Below, in pieces: positions 55,867 to 64,000 of a DNA stretch of 64,000 nucleotides. Origin of the DNA: Betaproteobacteria bacterium (lineage in GTDB: Bacteria > Pseudomonadota > Gammaproteobacteria > Burkholderiales > Burkholderiaceae_E); contig VGHO01000001.1 of assembly GCA_016868175.1 (NCBI GenBank), positions 15,543-79,542 on the forward strand, given 5' to 3'. The position numbers and the translations under genes are program-made. The notes under the pieces are model-generated. The model was not told the DNA's origin. It searched no databases and was given only the letters and a program-made list of their open reading frames with translations. Positions within the stretch are counted from its first letter, which is position 1. Each line of letters starts with the position of its first letter.

Positions 55867-57243
55867 TCACCGATCCCGGTCGATCGCCTCCGACGCGGCG
55901 ATCGTGCGGTCGATGATTGCCTGGGTACTCCCCAGGTAGTTCGCGGGGTCGCCAAGCGCTGCGATCTGTGCCGCCGACAACTGCTCTTTAAGCTGCGGAT
56001 CCGCCGCAAGTTGTTCGGCGAGGGTGGACGCTCCGTCGTGCACCCTGCGGCAGGCCTCGTAGACCACGTCATGGGCCTGCTGGCGTCCGAGATGCGGTGC
56101 AAGGCCCATCATCACAGCCTCGGCCATGATGAGTCCCCGGCTGGCGTCGAGGTTGGTGCGCATGCGCTCCGGGCGTACTTCGAGCCCGCGCAGCAGGAAG
56201 CGCGCCTGTTGCAAAGCGCCTGCGGTCAGCACGAAGCCTTGCGACACCGCCAGCCACTCGGCGTGCCAGGGACCGGTGGCGCGTTCCAGATCCTGGACCA
56301 TCGCATCGAGCATCAGGCCCGCATGCTGACGTACACCCCGCGCAGCGGCAAGGATCAGTTCGCTGCTGATCGGATTGCGCTTTTGCGGCATCGTGCTGCT
56401 CGCTCCCCGCCCCGGCACGAAAGGCTCGGAGACTTCCCCAACTTCGGTTGAGGCAAGCAGGATCACATCGAGTGCGATCTTCGCAAGGCTTGCACTGATC
56501 AGCCCGAGGAGGTTGAGCGCCTCGGCCAGATTGTCGCGTGCAACATGCCAGGTGCAGACCGGTGCAGCCAAGTCGAGCCTTTCCATGAGCGCCTGCTGCA
56601 CCCGCATGCCTTCACTGCCGAGCGAGGCCAGCGTGCCCACTGCGCCTGCAAACTGGCCCACCATGAGGCGTGGGAGCAGTTGCGCCAGACGCGTTTGATG
56701 ACGGTCGAGCATGGAAAGCCAGACGCAGGCCTTGTAGCCGAAGGTGATCGGCAGCGCCTGTTGCAGATGTGTGCGGCCCGCCATCACCGTGGCGCGGTGC
56801 TGTGTGGCGAGTGCCCGCAGGATGCGGCGAAGCGACCGGAGGTCTTCGTCGATCGCAGCGAAGGCCTCGCGCAACTGCAACACCAGAGCGGTGTCCATGA
56901 TGTCTTGCGTGGTTGCGCCCCAGTGCACATAGCGACCCGAGTCGCCGCACTGTGTCACCAGCTGATGCACCAGCGGAAGGATGGGATAGCCCACGTTGTC
57001 GGTCTCGGCCTTGAGCTTTGCGAGATCGAGCTTGTCGGCGCGGGCGAGCGCAGCGATCTCGCGAGCGGCGTGGCCGGGAATCACACCGCAACCCGCCTGC
57101 GCCTGCGCGAGTGCGATCTCAACCTCGACGCAGCGCTCAAGAAATCGTTGGTCGGAGAACACCGCGCGCATCGCAGGCGTGCCGAAGGCATCGCGGTACA
57201 GTAGCGAATCGAGCACAGTGCTCGCGTTGAGGGCGTCTGACAT
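55867..57243 (-). CDS. Fumarase/aspartase-superfamily lyase (adenylosuccinate lyase / 3-carboxymuconate cycloisomerase-like)
   Basis: ATG at 57243. HWGATTQDIMDT and the signature GRGASSTMPQKRNP. Confidence 0.8.
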   Translation of the reverse strand: MSDALNASTVLDSLLYRDAFGTPAMRAVFSDQRFLERCVEVEIALAQAQAGCGVIPGHAAREIAALARADKLDLAKLKAETDNVGYPILPLVHQLVTQCGDSGRYVHWGATTQDIMDTALVLQLREAFAAIDEDLRSLRRILRALATQHRATVMAGRTHLQQALPITFGYKACVWLSMLDRHQTRLAQLLPRLMVGQFAGAVGTLASLGSEGMRVQQALMERLDLAAPVCTWHVARDNLAEALNLLGLISASLAKIALDVILLASTEVGEVSEPFVPGRGASSTMPQKRNPISSELILAAARGVRQHAGLMLDAMVQDLERATGPWHAEWLAVSQGFVLTAGALQQARFLLRGLEVRPERMRTNLDASRGLIMAEAVMMGLAPHLGRQQAHDVVYEACRRVHDGASTLAEQLAADPQLKEQLSAAQIAALGDPANYLGSTQAIIDRTIAASEAIDRDR

Positions 57244-57300
57244 GCGTTGGGAATCCCGCTTCGGAAAGCAACGAAACCTTCGCGTGGAAGGCGTGATCGG

Positions 57301-58377
57301 TTGATTGTGCGCGCGCTGCCAGGCCGCCGGGCGGTGCTGCAAGGCGCCGCGCTTGCAGGCTTCGCGCTCGCCGCGCGCGCGAACGCAGCAGTGCGCAGCG
57401 TTGATGTGCAGGGGCACCGTGGTGCGCCTGGGCTCTTGCCCGAGAACACGCTGCCTTCCTTCGCGCGGGCGCTCGAACTCGGTGTGGACACGCTCGAACT
57501 CGATGTGGTGATGACCCGCGACGCAGAGGTGGTGATCAGTCACGATCCCGACCTCAATCCAGACATCACCCGCGGACCGGATGGCAGCTTCCTCAATGCG
57601 CGAGGCCCGCGCATCGTGGATCTGAGTTTCGCCGAATTGCAGCGCTACCAGGTCGGACGCCTGCGCGCGGGAAGCCGTTATGCGGCGCGCTATCCCGAGC
57701 AGCAAGCCATCGAGGACCTGCGGATTCCGCGCCTTGCCGACCTCTTCGAGATGGTGGAGCGCTCAACCCGACCCATGGTGCGCTATGCGATCGAAACCAA
57801 GCTCTTTCCGCTGCGCCCCGACCTGACGCCACCGCCCGAAGTGGTGGTGGATGCACTTCTGGCGCAGATTGACCGCTACCGCCTGAACCGGCGTGTGCAG
57901 ATACTCTCCTTCGACTGGCGCAGCCTTGCTCTCGTTCAACGCAAGGCACCGGGCATGCCCACTGTGTACCTCACTGCGTCGCTCCCGAACTTCGACAACC
58001 TCGGTGCGGGCGCAGACTCCCCGTGGACTGCGGGCTGGCAGCTGCGAAACTTCCCCTCGGTGGCGCACATGATCCGGGCTGCAGGAGGCACCCACTGGTC
58101 GTGCGCCTACCAGAACCTCAATGCCGCGAAGATCGAGATGGCGCACCGCGTTGGGCTGCAGGTACTTGCCTGGACCGTGGACGACACCGCCACCATGGAG
58201 CAATTGCTTGACATGCAGGTGGACGGCCTGGTCACGAATCGGCCCGATCGGGCAATGGCGCTCCTCAGGGCACGGGGCCAGCGCGCCGGGCTGCGGCTGC
58301 AGCAAGAATTGCATGCAACTGGCGTACACCATCGCCCAGTGCGGCCGGGCCTGGCTGCAGGATGTCGCACGACTTGA
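57301..58377 (+). CDS. Glycerophosphodiester phosphodiesterase family protein (Tat-exported)
   Basis: Twin-arginine leader (GRRAVLQGAALAG) and the GDPD motifs GHRGAPGLLPENTLPSF and LELDVVMTRD. The start is TTG 57301 or GTG 57307. Confidence 0.75.
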   Translation: MIVRALPGRRAVLQGAALAGFALAARANAAVRSVDVQGHRGAPGLLPENTLPSFARALELGVDTLELDVVMTRDAEVVISHDPDLNPDITRGPDGSFLNARGPRIVDLSFAELQRYQVGRLRAGSRYAARYPEQQAIEDLRIPRLADLFEMVERSTRPMVRYAIETKLFPLRPDLTPPPEVVVDALLAQIDRYRLNRRVQILSFDWRSLALVQRKAPGMPTVYLTASLPNFDNLGAGADSPWTAGWQLRNFPSVAHMIRAAGGTHWSCAYQNLNAAKIEMAHRVGLQVLAWTVDDTATMEQLLDMQVDGLVTNRPDRAMALLRARGQRAGLRLQQELHATGVHHRPVRPGLAAGCRTT

Positions 58378-59086
58378 TCTCGTGCAACTCGCCCCGGCGC
58401 AAGGCCTCGATGCCGGACCAGCCCGGGCGGGCGTGCAGATGTTGCGCACGAAACTTCTTGCCGCACCACGATGCAACGATCACTTCGGGGTTGCGTTCAA
58501 TCACCGCATTGGCGTCAGCCACCACGCGATGGCGTCCCAGCGATTGCTGAGCCAGCTCGGGAAAGATATCGTCTCCCCCGGCGATCCCAACGAGTTCCGA
58601 CACCCAGCGGATTGCCGAGATCATCGGCGCATCCCACTCCTCGAAGTACACGCGGGGACGCCAATCCCACTCCCGAGCCGCCTCGCGCATCGCCTGATGG
58701 CTTTGCAGGCAATCCGCGATCCAGACCTCGGCACGCGCGCTTGCGCCAACGAGGAGTGCGACGGTCCGCATCGTTTGCAGAATCTCCGCGATGCTGCGTT
58801 GGTTGCTGATCCACACGTTGAGTCCGGCCCGGATCAGCTTGTCGGCAAGCGCTGCCTGCATGTCGGAAAAACCGATCACCAGATCGGGTTCAAGTGCCAC
58901 GATGCGGTCCTCCTTCCCGTCGAGGAAGGCCGAGACCCGCGGTTTTTCACGGCGGGCCTCGGGAGGGCGGACCGTGTAGCCGGAGATTCCCACCACGCGA
59001 TGAGACTCGCCGAGCAGGTAGAGCCACTCGGTCGTCTCCTCCGTGAGGCAGACGATACGTTGCGGACCGCGATAGACTGCGTTCAC
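58265..59086 (-). CDS. BtuF/FhuD-like (cluster A) periplasmic-binding-fold protein without a signal peptide
   Basis: RIVCLTEETTEWLYLLG...VVGISGY...EPDLVIG...NPEVIVASWCG is the pattern of cobalamin/siderophore binding proteins. No leader peptide is visible. Confidence 0.65.
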   Translation of the reverse strand: MNAVYRGPQRIVCLTEETTEWLYLLGESHRVVGISGYTVRPPEARREKPRVSAFLDGKEDRIVALEPDLVIGFSDMQAALADKLIRAGLNVWISNQRSIAEILQTMRTVALLVGASARAEVWIADCLQSHQAMREAAREWDWRPRVYFEEWDAPMISAIRWVSELVGIAGGDDIFPELAQQSLGRHRVVADANAVIERNPEVIVASWCGKKFRAQHLHARPGWSGIEALRRGELHEIKSCDILQPGPAALGDGVRQLHAILAAAAARRAGPVP

Positions 59087-59165
59087 TTCGGGGGATGCGG
59101 CCAGGGATTCACACGGCTTTGCACGTCAACGCGCTCTTCAAGTCACCATGCACTGAGAGGTCACC

Positions 59166-60044
59166 ATGCTCTGTGTGAGCTACAACATCCAGTATGGTAC
59201 CGGGCGCGACGGGTGCGTTGACTTGCCGCGTATTGCGCGCAGCCTCGCCGGAGCCGACCTGATCGCGCTGCAGGAAGTGGAGCGGCATGCGCAGCGCACC
59301 GGTATGGTCGACCAGGCCGAGGCCCTCGCCGGTCTGCTGCCCGGCTACCACTGGGTGTATGGCGCAGGTCTGGATCTGCACGCCGACGTGCTCCGCGCCG
59401 ATGGAACTGTGCTGCAGCGACGGCGGCAGTTTGGCAACATGTTGCTCAGCCGCAGTCCGATCCTGAACGCCCGCAACCACCTGCTGCCGAAGATGGGCAC
59501 GCTGCGTCAGTTCTCGCTTCAGCGCAGCGCGCTCGAGGGTGTGATCCTCACACCGCTCGGCAGAGCGCTGCGGGTTGTGTCGGTGCATCTCTCGCACCTC
59601 TCGGACGCCGATCGGGAAGATCAGGTTTTGCGCCTGCTCGCGCTGCACAAGGGAGCCTACGACGAGGGCCCTGGATGGTGTGGATCCACGGTGAAGGCCG
59701 ATTTCAGCGAGTCGATCGATGCGGGCCCGATGCCGAGGGAGGCGCTTCTCATGGGGGACTTCAATTTCAGCGCGCGATCTTCCCTCTATGCGCGAATCGT
59801 GGGCCCTTGGAGCCCCGCCTACGGCAGGATGAATACGCGCGACGGATTTGTGGACACCTGGGTGGAGGCCGGACATCGCGAAGATGAAGGCATCACCTGC
59901 CGCAACGGCTCGCTCGAGGACGGCGAGCGTATCGATTACTGTTTTGCGAGCACCGATCTGGCTTCTTCGCTACGCCGTGCGTGGATCGACAGCGAGGCCG
60001 CAGGTTCGGACCATCAGCCGATCTGGGTTGAACTGGCGGTCTGA
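59166..60044 (+). CDS. Endonuclease/exonuclease/phosphatase (EEP) family protein
   Basis: N-terminal SYNIQYG, LQEV, GDFNF and C-terminal SDHQPIW motifs. Confidence 0.8.
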   Translation: MLCVSYNIQYGTGRDGCVDLPRIARSLAGADLIALQEVERHAQRTGMVDQAEALAGLLPGYHWVYGAGLDLHADVLRADGTVLQRRRQFGNMLLSRSPILNARNHLLPKMGTLRQFSLQRSALEGVILTPLGRALRVVSVHLSHLSDADREDQVLRLLALHKGAYDEGPGWCGSTVKADFSESIDAGPMPREALLMGDFNFSARSSLYARIVGPWSPAYGRMNTRDGFVDTWVEAGHREDEGITCRNGSLEDGERIDYCFASTDLASSLRRAWIDSEAAGSDHQPIWVELAV

Positions 60045-60077
60045 GTGATCTGGCGAGCAGGCGCGCAGCACCAGCCA

Positions 60078-61730
60078 TCACGCTCTGGGTGATCCGACGT
60101 CCAGGCTTGATTCGACCCGTCGGCGCAGTGCGAGTGTTGACCGCAGGATATCCGCAGCCCGCTCGCCGAGCATGATCGCGGGAGCGTTCGTATTGCCCGA
60201 GGGCATCGAGGGAAACACCGAGGCGTCGGCGATCCGCAGGCCCCCAATCCCATGCACCCGCAACTTGTTGTCCACCACGCTCGTCTGACCGCTGCTACCC
60301 ATGCGGCAAGTGCCCACCGGGTGGCAGGCGCTCTGCGCCCGCGAGGCGATCCAGGCGAGTACCTCGTCATCGGTCCGGACCCCTTGACCCGGGGCGGATT
60401 CGTCGAGAATGAGTGCGGGCATCGGGGCGGTGGCCATCAGGCGCCGCAGCAGGCGAAAGCCGCGAAGCGCCACCTGCTGGTCCTGTGGACTATCCAGATA
60501 GTTGAAGCGTATCCCGGGCGGCTCTCGCGGGTCGGCTGAGCGCAGGTGCACCGCGCCCACGCTTTCAGGCCGCAAAACGCAGGAGGTGGAGGTCATCGCG
60601 GGAAACTCCTCGGACCTGCGCGGCAGCGTATCGCGGATCGCGTAGGGCATCAGGTGCATCTGCACGTCAGGCCGGGCAAGGAGGGGATCGGTCTTGAGAA
60701 AACCGAGCAGCGGTGCGAAGGGCAGGCTCATCAGGCCAGTGCCCTGGCTCATGTAACGCAGCAACTGGCGAAATGCCGCGAGGCCCTGCGCCAGGTGGTT
60801 GGCGGAGTGCGCCGGGTCCTTGAGGCGCCAGACGACGGGGGTGTTGAGATGATCGCGCAGGTTCTCGCCCACCGCCGGCAAGGCGTGGACGACCGCAATG
60901 CCGAGCGACCCGAGAACCTCCGGGTTGCCGATGCCCGAGCGCTCCAGCAGTTGGGGCGACCCGAGGGCTCCCGCGCAAAGCACGGTCTCCTGCGCGCCCA
61001 CATGCCAGAATTTGTCGGCACGACGGTATGCGGCCCCTGTACAGCGCCTTCCATCGAGGAGAAGGTTCTGCACCTGCACCCCGGTCATCACGCGCAGGTT
61101 CGGTCGCTGGCGGGCTTCCTCGAGATAGCCCTCGGCAACGCTCACCCGCCGTCCAAGGTGGATCGAGGCCTGGGCTAACGCCAGCCCGTCCTGCGAGGCG
61201 CCGTTGTAGTCGGGATTGCGACGATAGCCAAGCGCTGCGCCGGCCGCGAAGATCGCGTCATACAGCGGATTCGGATCGCTGACCTCGCTGAGCCTGATCG
61301 GTCCTGATCGACCGCGTGCGGGCAGCGCCTCGCCGCCCACGAAGTGTTCACAACGCTCGAAGAACGGGGCAACCTCGCGCCAGCCCCAGCCACGGGCGCC
61401 GAGCGCCTCCCAGTCGTCGTAGTCCTGACGCTGGCCGCGCGTCCAGACCATCCCGTTGATCGCGCTCGACCCCCCCAGGATCCTGCCGCAGGTCACACGC
61501 ATCGAACGCCGGGCAAGGCCGGGCTCAAGCTCCGATGCATACAGCCAGTTCACCTCGGGATCGTCGTGCAGCAGGCCAAAGGAGATCGGCATCGGGGTGA
61601 GCGGATGCGACGACTCCCCGGCTTCCAGCAGGAGTACGCGCAACGCCGGATCCTCGCTGAGTCGCGAGGCGAGTACCGCGCCGGCTGAACCGGCACCAAC
61701 GACAAGCACGTCGAAATCTTCCGCTGCCAA
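60078..61730 (-). CDS. GMC family oxidoreductase (choline-dehydrogenase-like)
   Basis: FAD fold FDVLVVGAGSAGAVLASRLSED, GMC signature GGSSAINGMVW, and C-terminal HPVGTCRMG. The start is uncertain (TTG 61730, TTG 61772 or GTG 61802). Confidence 0.8.
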   Translation of the reverse strand: MAAEDFDVLVVGAGSAGAVLASRLSEDPALRVLLLEAGESSHPLTPMPISFGLLHDDPEVNWLYASELEPGLARRSMRVTCGRILGGSSAINGMVWTRGQRQDYDDWEALGARGWGWREVAPFFERCEHFVGGEALPARGRSGPIRLSEVSDPNPLYDAIFAAGAALGYRRNPDYNGASQDGLALAQASIHLGRRVSVAEGYLEEARQRPNLRVMTGVQVQNLLLDGRRCTGAAYRRADKFWHVGAQETVLCAGALGSPQLLERSGIGNPEVLGSLGIAVVHALPAVGENLRDHLNTPVVWRLKDPAHSANHLAQGLAAFRQLLRYMSQGTGLMSLPFAPLLGFLKTDPLLARPDVQMHLMPYAIRDTLPRRSEEFPAMTSTSCVLRPESVGAVHLRSADPREPPGIRFNYLDSPQDQQVALRGFRLLRRLMATAPMPALILDESAPGQGVRTDDEVLAWIASRAQSACHPVGTCRMGSSGQTSVVDNKLRVHGIGGLRIADASVFPSMPSGNTNAPAIMLGERAADILRSTLALRRRVESSLDVGSPRA

Positions 61731-61790
61731 GCGGGGTTCTCCGGTTGTGAGAGCATCAAGACCCTGTTCCAAGCTCCGCGGGGAGTATCC

Positions 61791-62201
61791 ATGAGTATTC
61801 ACGGTTCGGTCAACGTGCTCGGCACACCGCTGATGGCGTGCTCCTACGATCCGGTCACCGGTTTTTTCCGGGATGGATGCTGCGAGACTGGACCGCAGGA
61901 TGTGGGGAGCCACACGGTGTGCTGCAAGGTGAGCGAGGCCTTCCTGCGCTACTCGAAGGCAGTCGGCAACGACCTCTCCACGCCGGTGCCGCAGTATCGG
62001 TTCCCGGGACTCAAGCCTGGGGACCGCTGGTGCGTGTGCGCATCGCGCTGGCTGCAGGCCTACGACGCAGGATTCGCCCCGCCAGTGGTTCTCGAGGCAA
62101 CAAACCAGGCCGCCCTGCGGATCGTTCCCCTGGATGCCTTGCTCGAAATGGCGGTGCGCAGGCCGGGTGAGACCGCCGACCGGCAAGCCGACGGCGATTG
62201 A
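61791..62201 (+). CDS. DUF2237 family protein
   Basis: NVLGTPL..C...PVTGFFRDGCC.TGP.D.G.HTVC...FL motif is characteristic of DUF2237. Confidence 0.7.
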   Translation: MSIHGSVNVLGTPLMACSYDPVTGFFRDGCCETGPQDVGSHTVCCKVSEAFLRYSKAVGNDLSTPVPQYRFPGLKPGDRWCVCASRWLQAYDAGFAPPVVLEATNQAALRIVPLDALLEMAVRRPGETADRQADGD

Positions 62202-62268
62202 GACTTTCCGCCGCAGGCGTGTGCTGCCCCCGCCCCCGCTACCGCTCCCGCTTCAGCGTGGGGCACCT

Positions 62269-62871
62269 TCAACCCCGGATTTCGCGCTCGCCCGTGAGCA
62301 TCGCGCTGATCAGCGGGATGCGCAGCACGATCACATAATAGAAGACTGCGCTGAGGTGAAGGCCGATCATCCCGAGGATTGCCGGCTTGCCGATCGTCTT
62401 GTGGTACCAGGTTGCAGTAGCCGACCACGACGCGGGTACTGCTGCGGCAAGCGGGCCCGAGAAGGCAATCTCGTCGTCGGCAATCAGGCCGGTTCCGGCC
62501 TGGGCGAGAAGCAGCAGGAGCATTGCGAGAATCGCGTAGCCACCGGGGGGCGAATGTCCGATCCAGCGCAACTTCTCTTCGCGTTGAAGCCTCAGATATC
62601 CGAAAAGGGCGCGAGGCCCCCGAACAAACTGCGAAAAGCGTGCGTGCCGAGGACCCCCCAGCCCCCAGATCACCCGGAACGCAAGCAGACCGAGCACGAG
62701 ATAGCCGAACTGGGCATGACGCAGGAGCAACTCCCCCCCCTGGGTACCGGTGACGATCAGCCCGAGGACTGCGAGCGCCAGCGTCCAATGGAAGATGCGC
62801 AGTGGCAAATCCCACACCGCGACCTTCTTCAAGCTGGCCGGCGCGGCGTTATGCGTGCGATCATTCGCCAT
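62269..62871 (-). CDS. Cytochrome b561 / Ni-Fe-hydrogenase b-type cytochrome family membrane protein
   Basis: WDLPLRIFHW followed by four TM helices with conserved His residues (HAQFGY, HLSAV). Confidence 0.75.
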   Translation of the reverse strand: MANDRTHNAAPASLKKVAVWDLPLRIFHWTLALAVLGLIVTGTQGGELLLRHAQFGYLVLGLLAFRVIWGLGGPRHARFSQFVRGPRALFGYLRLQREEKLRWIGHSPPGGYAILAMLLLLLAQAGTGLIADDEIAFSGPLAAAVPASWSATATWYHKTIGKPAILGMIGLHLSAVFYYVIVLRIPLISAMLTGEREIRG

Positions 62872-63000
62872 GATTAGCCTGGAACATTGTGGAATTCAAC
62901 TCCTGCAGCGTCACCCATGTTTCGCTTCAACCCCCACTTTCCTCGCCCGAAACCAGGACCCTTCCTCATCCCTCACGCCAACACCACCGGGAGAAATCTC

Positions 63001-63519
63001 ATGCATCCATCCACCTTCGCCACCACCCGCATCGGACCGATGATCCGTGCAGCAGGCAGATCACCCTTGAAAGCTTTCGCCAGCGGGTTGCTCGCTGTTG
63101 CGCTTGCGGGCGTCCCCACTGGAGTATCCGCCCAGTTTGCCAAACCCGAGGATGCAGTCAAGTATCGCAAGAATGCGCTCTTCGTGATGCAGCAGCACTT
63201 TGCGCGCCTTGCTGCGATGGCCCAGGGCAAGGCGCCCTACGACGCAAAGATTGCAGCCGACAACGCGCTCGTCGTGGCCAACATGGCAGCGCTCCCTTGG
63301 GCCGGCTTCGTGGAGGGCACCGACAAGGGGGACACGAAGGCCAAGCCCGAAATCTGGAAAGACCGGGACGACTTCCGGCAGCTGAGCGAAAAGTTTGTGG
63401 TGGAGGTTGGCAAGCTCCGAACAGCCTCGGCAACCGGCAGGCTTGACGACCTCAAGGCAGCGGTGAACGCCACTGCGGGTGCCTGCAAGGCCTGCCACGA
63501 CGAGTACCGCGCAAAGTAG
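63001..63519 (+). CDS. Cytochrome c-prime (class II cytochrome c)
   Basis: A signal peptide, a four-helix pattern and a C-terminal heme motif CKACHDEYR. The alternative start is ATG 63040. Confidence 0.85.
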   Translation: MHPSTFATTRIGPMIRAAGRSPLKAFASGLLAVALAGVPTGVSAQFAKPEDAVKYRKNALFVMQQHFARLAAMAQGKAPYDAKIAADNALVVANMAALPWAGFVEGTDKGDTKAKPEIWKDRDDFRQLSEKFVVEVGKLRTASATGRLDDLKAAVNATAGACKACHDEYRAK

Positions 63520-63567
63520 CCAACCGCCGATGGCCCATGTGCAGAGTGCGCTGCCTCGCGTGGGCCC

Positions 63568-64000
63568 GTGACACTCACGCTGGCGCTCCTGCTCGGGGGA
63601 TACCTTGGCCTGCTGCTGCTCGGTCTTCGGCTGCGCGGCCGCTCGCTCGAGGGACCGTGGGCTGTGCTGCTGCGCAGCTTCCTGCCGAGCTGGCAATTCT
63701 TTGATCGGCTGGGCAACCGTCCGCTGCTTCAAGTTCGACTGTGCGGTGGCGGGCCTGCCCAGCACCGCAAGGCGTGCTCCAGGGGATATACGACCTGGGC
63801 GCCACGGGCCCGATGCCGTCTGCTCGGGATTCTTCACAGTCCCTTCACACTCGGCCAGCTCTACCAGCAGACGCTCGTTGAGCAACTCGCTGGCGAACTC
63901 CGCCGCCACGACCTGAGCCCCGAGGAACTCGCGCGAGGATCAGCGTACCGCAGCGTGCTTGCCCTGAGTGCTGCGCTTGCCGATGCCGAGCAGCCGGGTT
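63568..64000 (+). CDS. Hypothetical membrane protein (3' end outside the window)
   Basis: The frame from GTG 63568 stays open to the window end with strong GC3 bias and a hydrophobic N-terminus (TLTLALLLGGYLGLLLLGL). It is absent from the ORF track, presumably because no stop falls within the window. Confidence 0.4.
   Translation, partial: MTLTLALLLGGYLGLLLLGLRLRGRSLEGPWAVLLRSFLPSWQFFDRLGNRPLLQVRLCGGGPAQHRKACSRGYTTWAPRARCRLLGILHSPFTLGQLYQQTLVEQLAGELRRHDLSPEELARGSAYRSVLALSAALADAEQPG

Overview
High-GC, Burkholderiales-like (inference) chromosomal segment that is densely coding, with about 57 protein genes, one tRNA-Met and one TPP riboswitch. I found no transposase, integrase, prophage, CRISPR array or recognisable defence system. 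Content is housekeeping and metabolism: DUF971-ubiE-Tim44-ubiJ, pnuC plus a NadR-like kinase, a riboswitch-controlled TonB receptor, M16 and M3 peptidases, folE plus a BLUF protein, phhA, a Liv-type ABC transporter, an iorAB / Rieske / OYE / aryl-CoA ligase block, pyrF, and cytochrome b561 / c-prime. Five things deserve a second look. (1) Divergent operons at 25.1-34.5 kb combine an atypical enolase paralog, a PanE-kinase fusion, a split ComDE-type ThDP decarboxylase, a BKACE enzyme, an aminotransferase and an HMG-CoA-lyase/CoA-transferase fusion; this gene set matches no pathway I know. (2) Short tandem repeats recur across the window. Every array inside a gene has a unit length divisible by 3 (12, 18, 30, 36 nt) and adds low-complexity peptide inserts or linkers, while four of the five intergenic arrays do not (about 11, 14, 25, 31 nt; the fifth is a 6-nt microsatellite). 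(3) One of these is a 25-nt x4 array that fills the divergent promoter of the orphan cluster. (4) A decayed response regulator (in-frame TGA, no output domain) abuts tRNA-Met, followed by a repeat/palindrome block and an orphan Rap1a-like immunity-type gene. (5) No intact transcription factor is visible in 64 kb. All functional calls come from motif recognition by eye, no database search was run, and the many long ORFs antisense to real genes are treated as high-GC artefacts.
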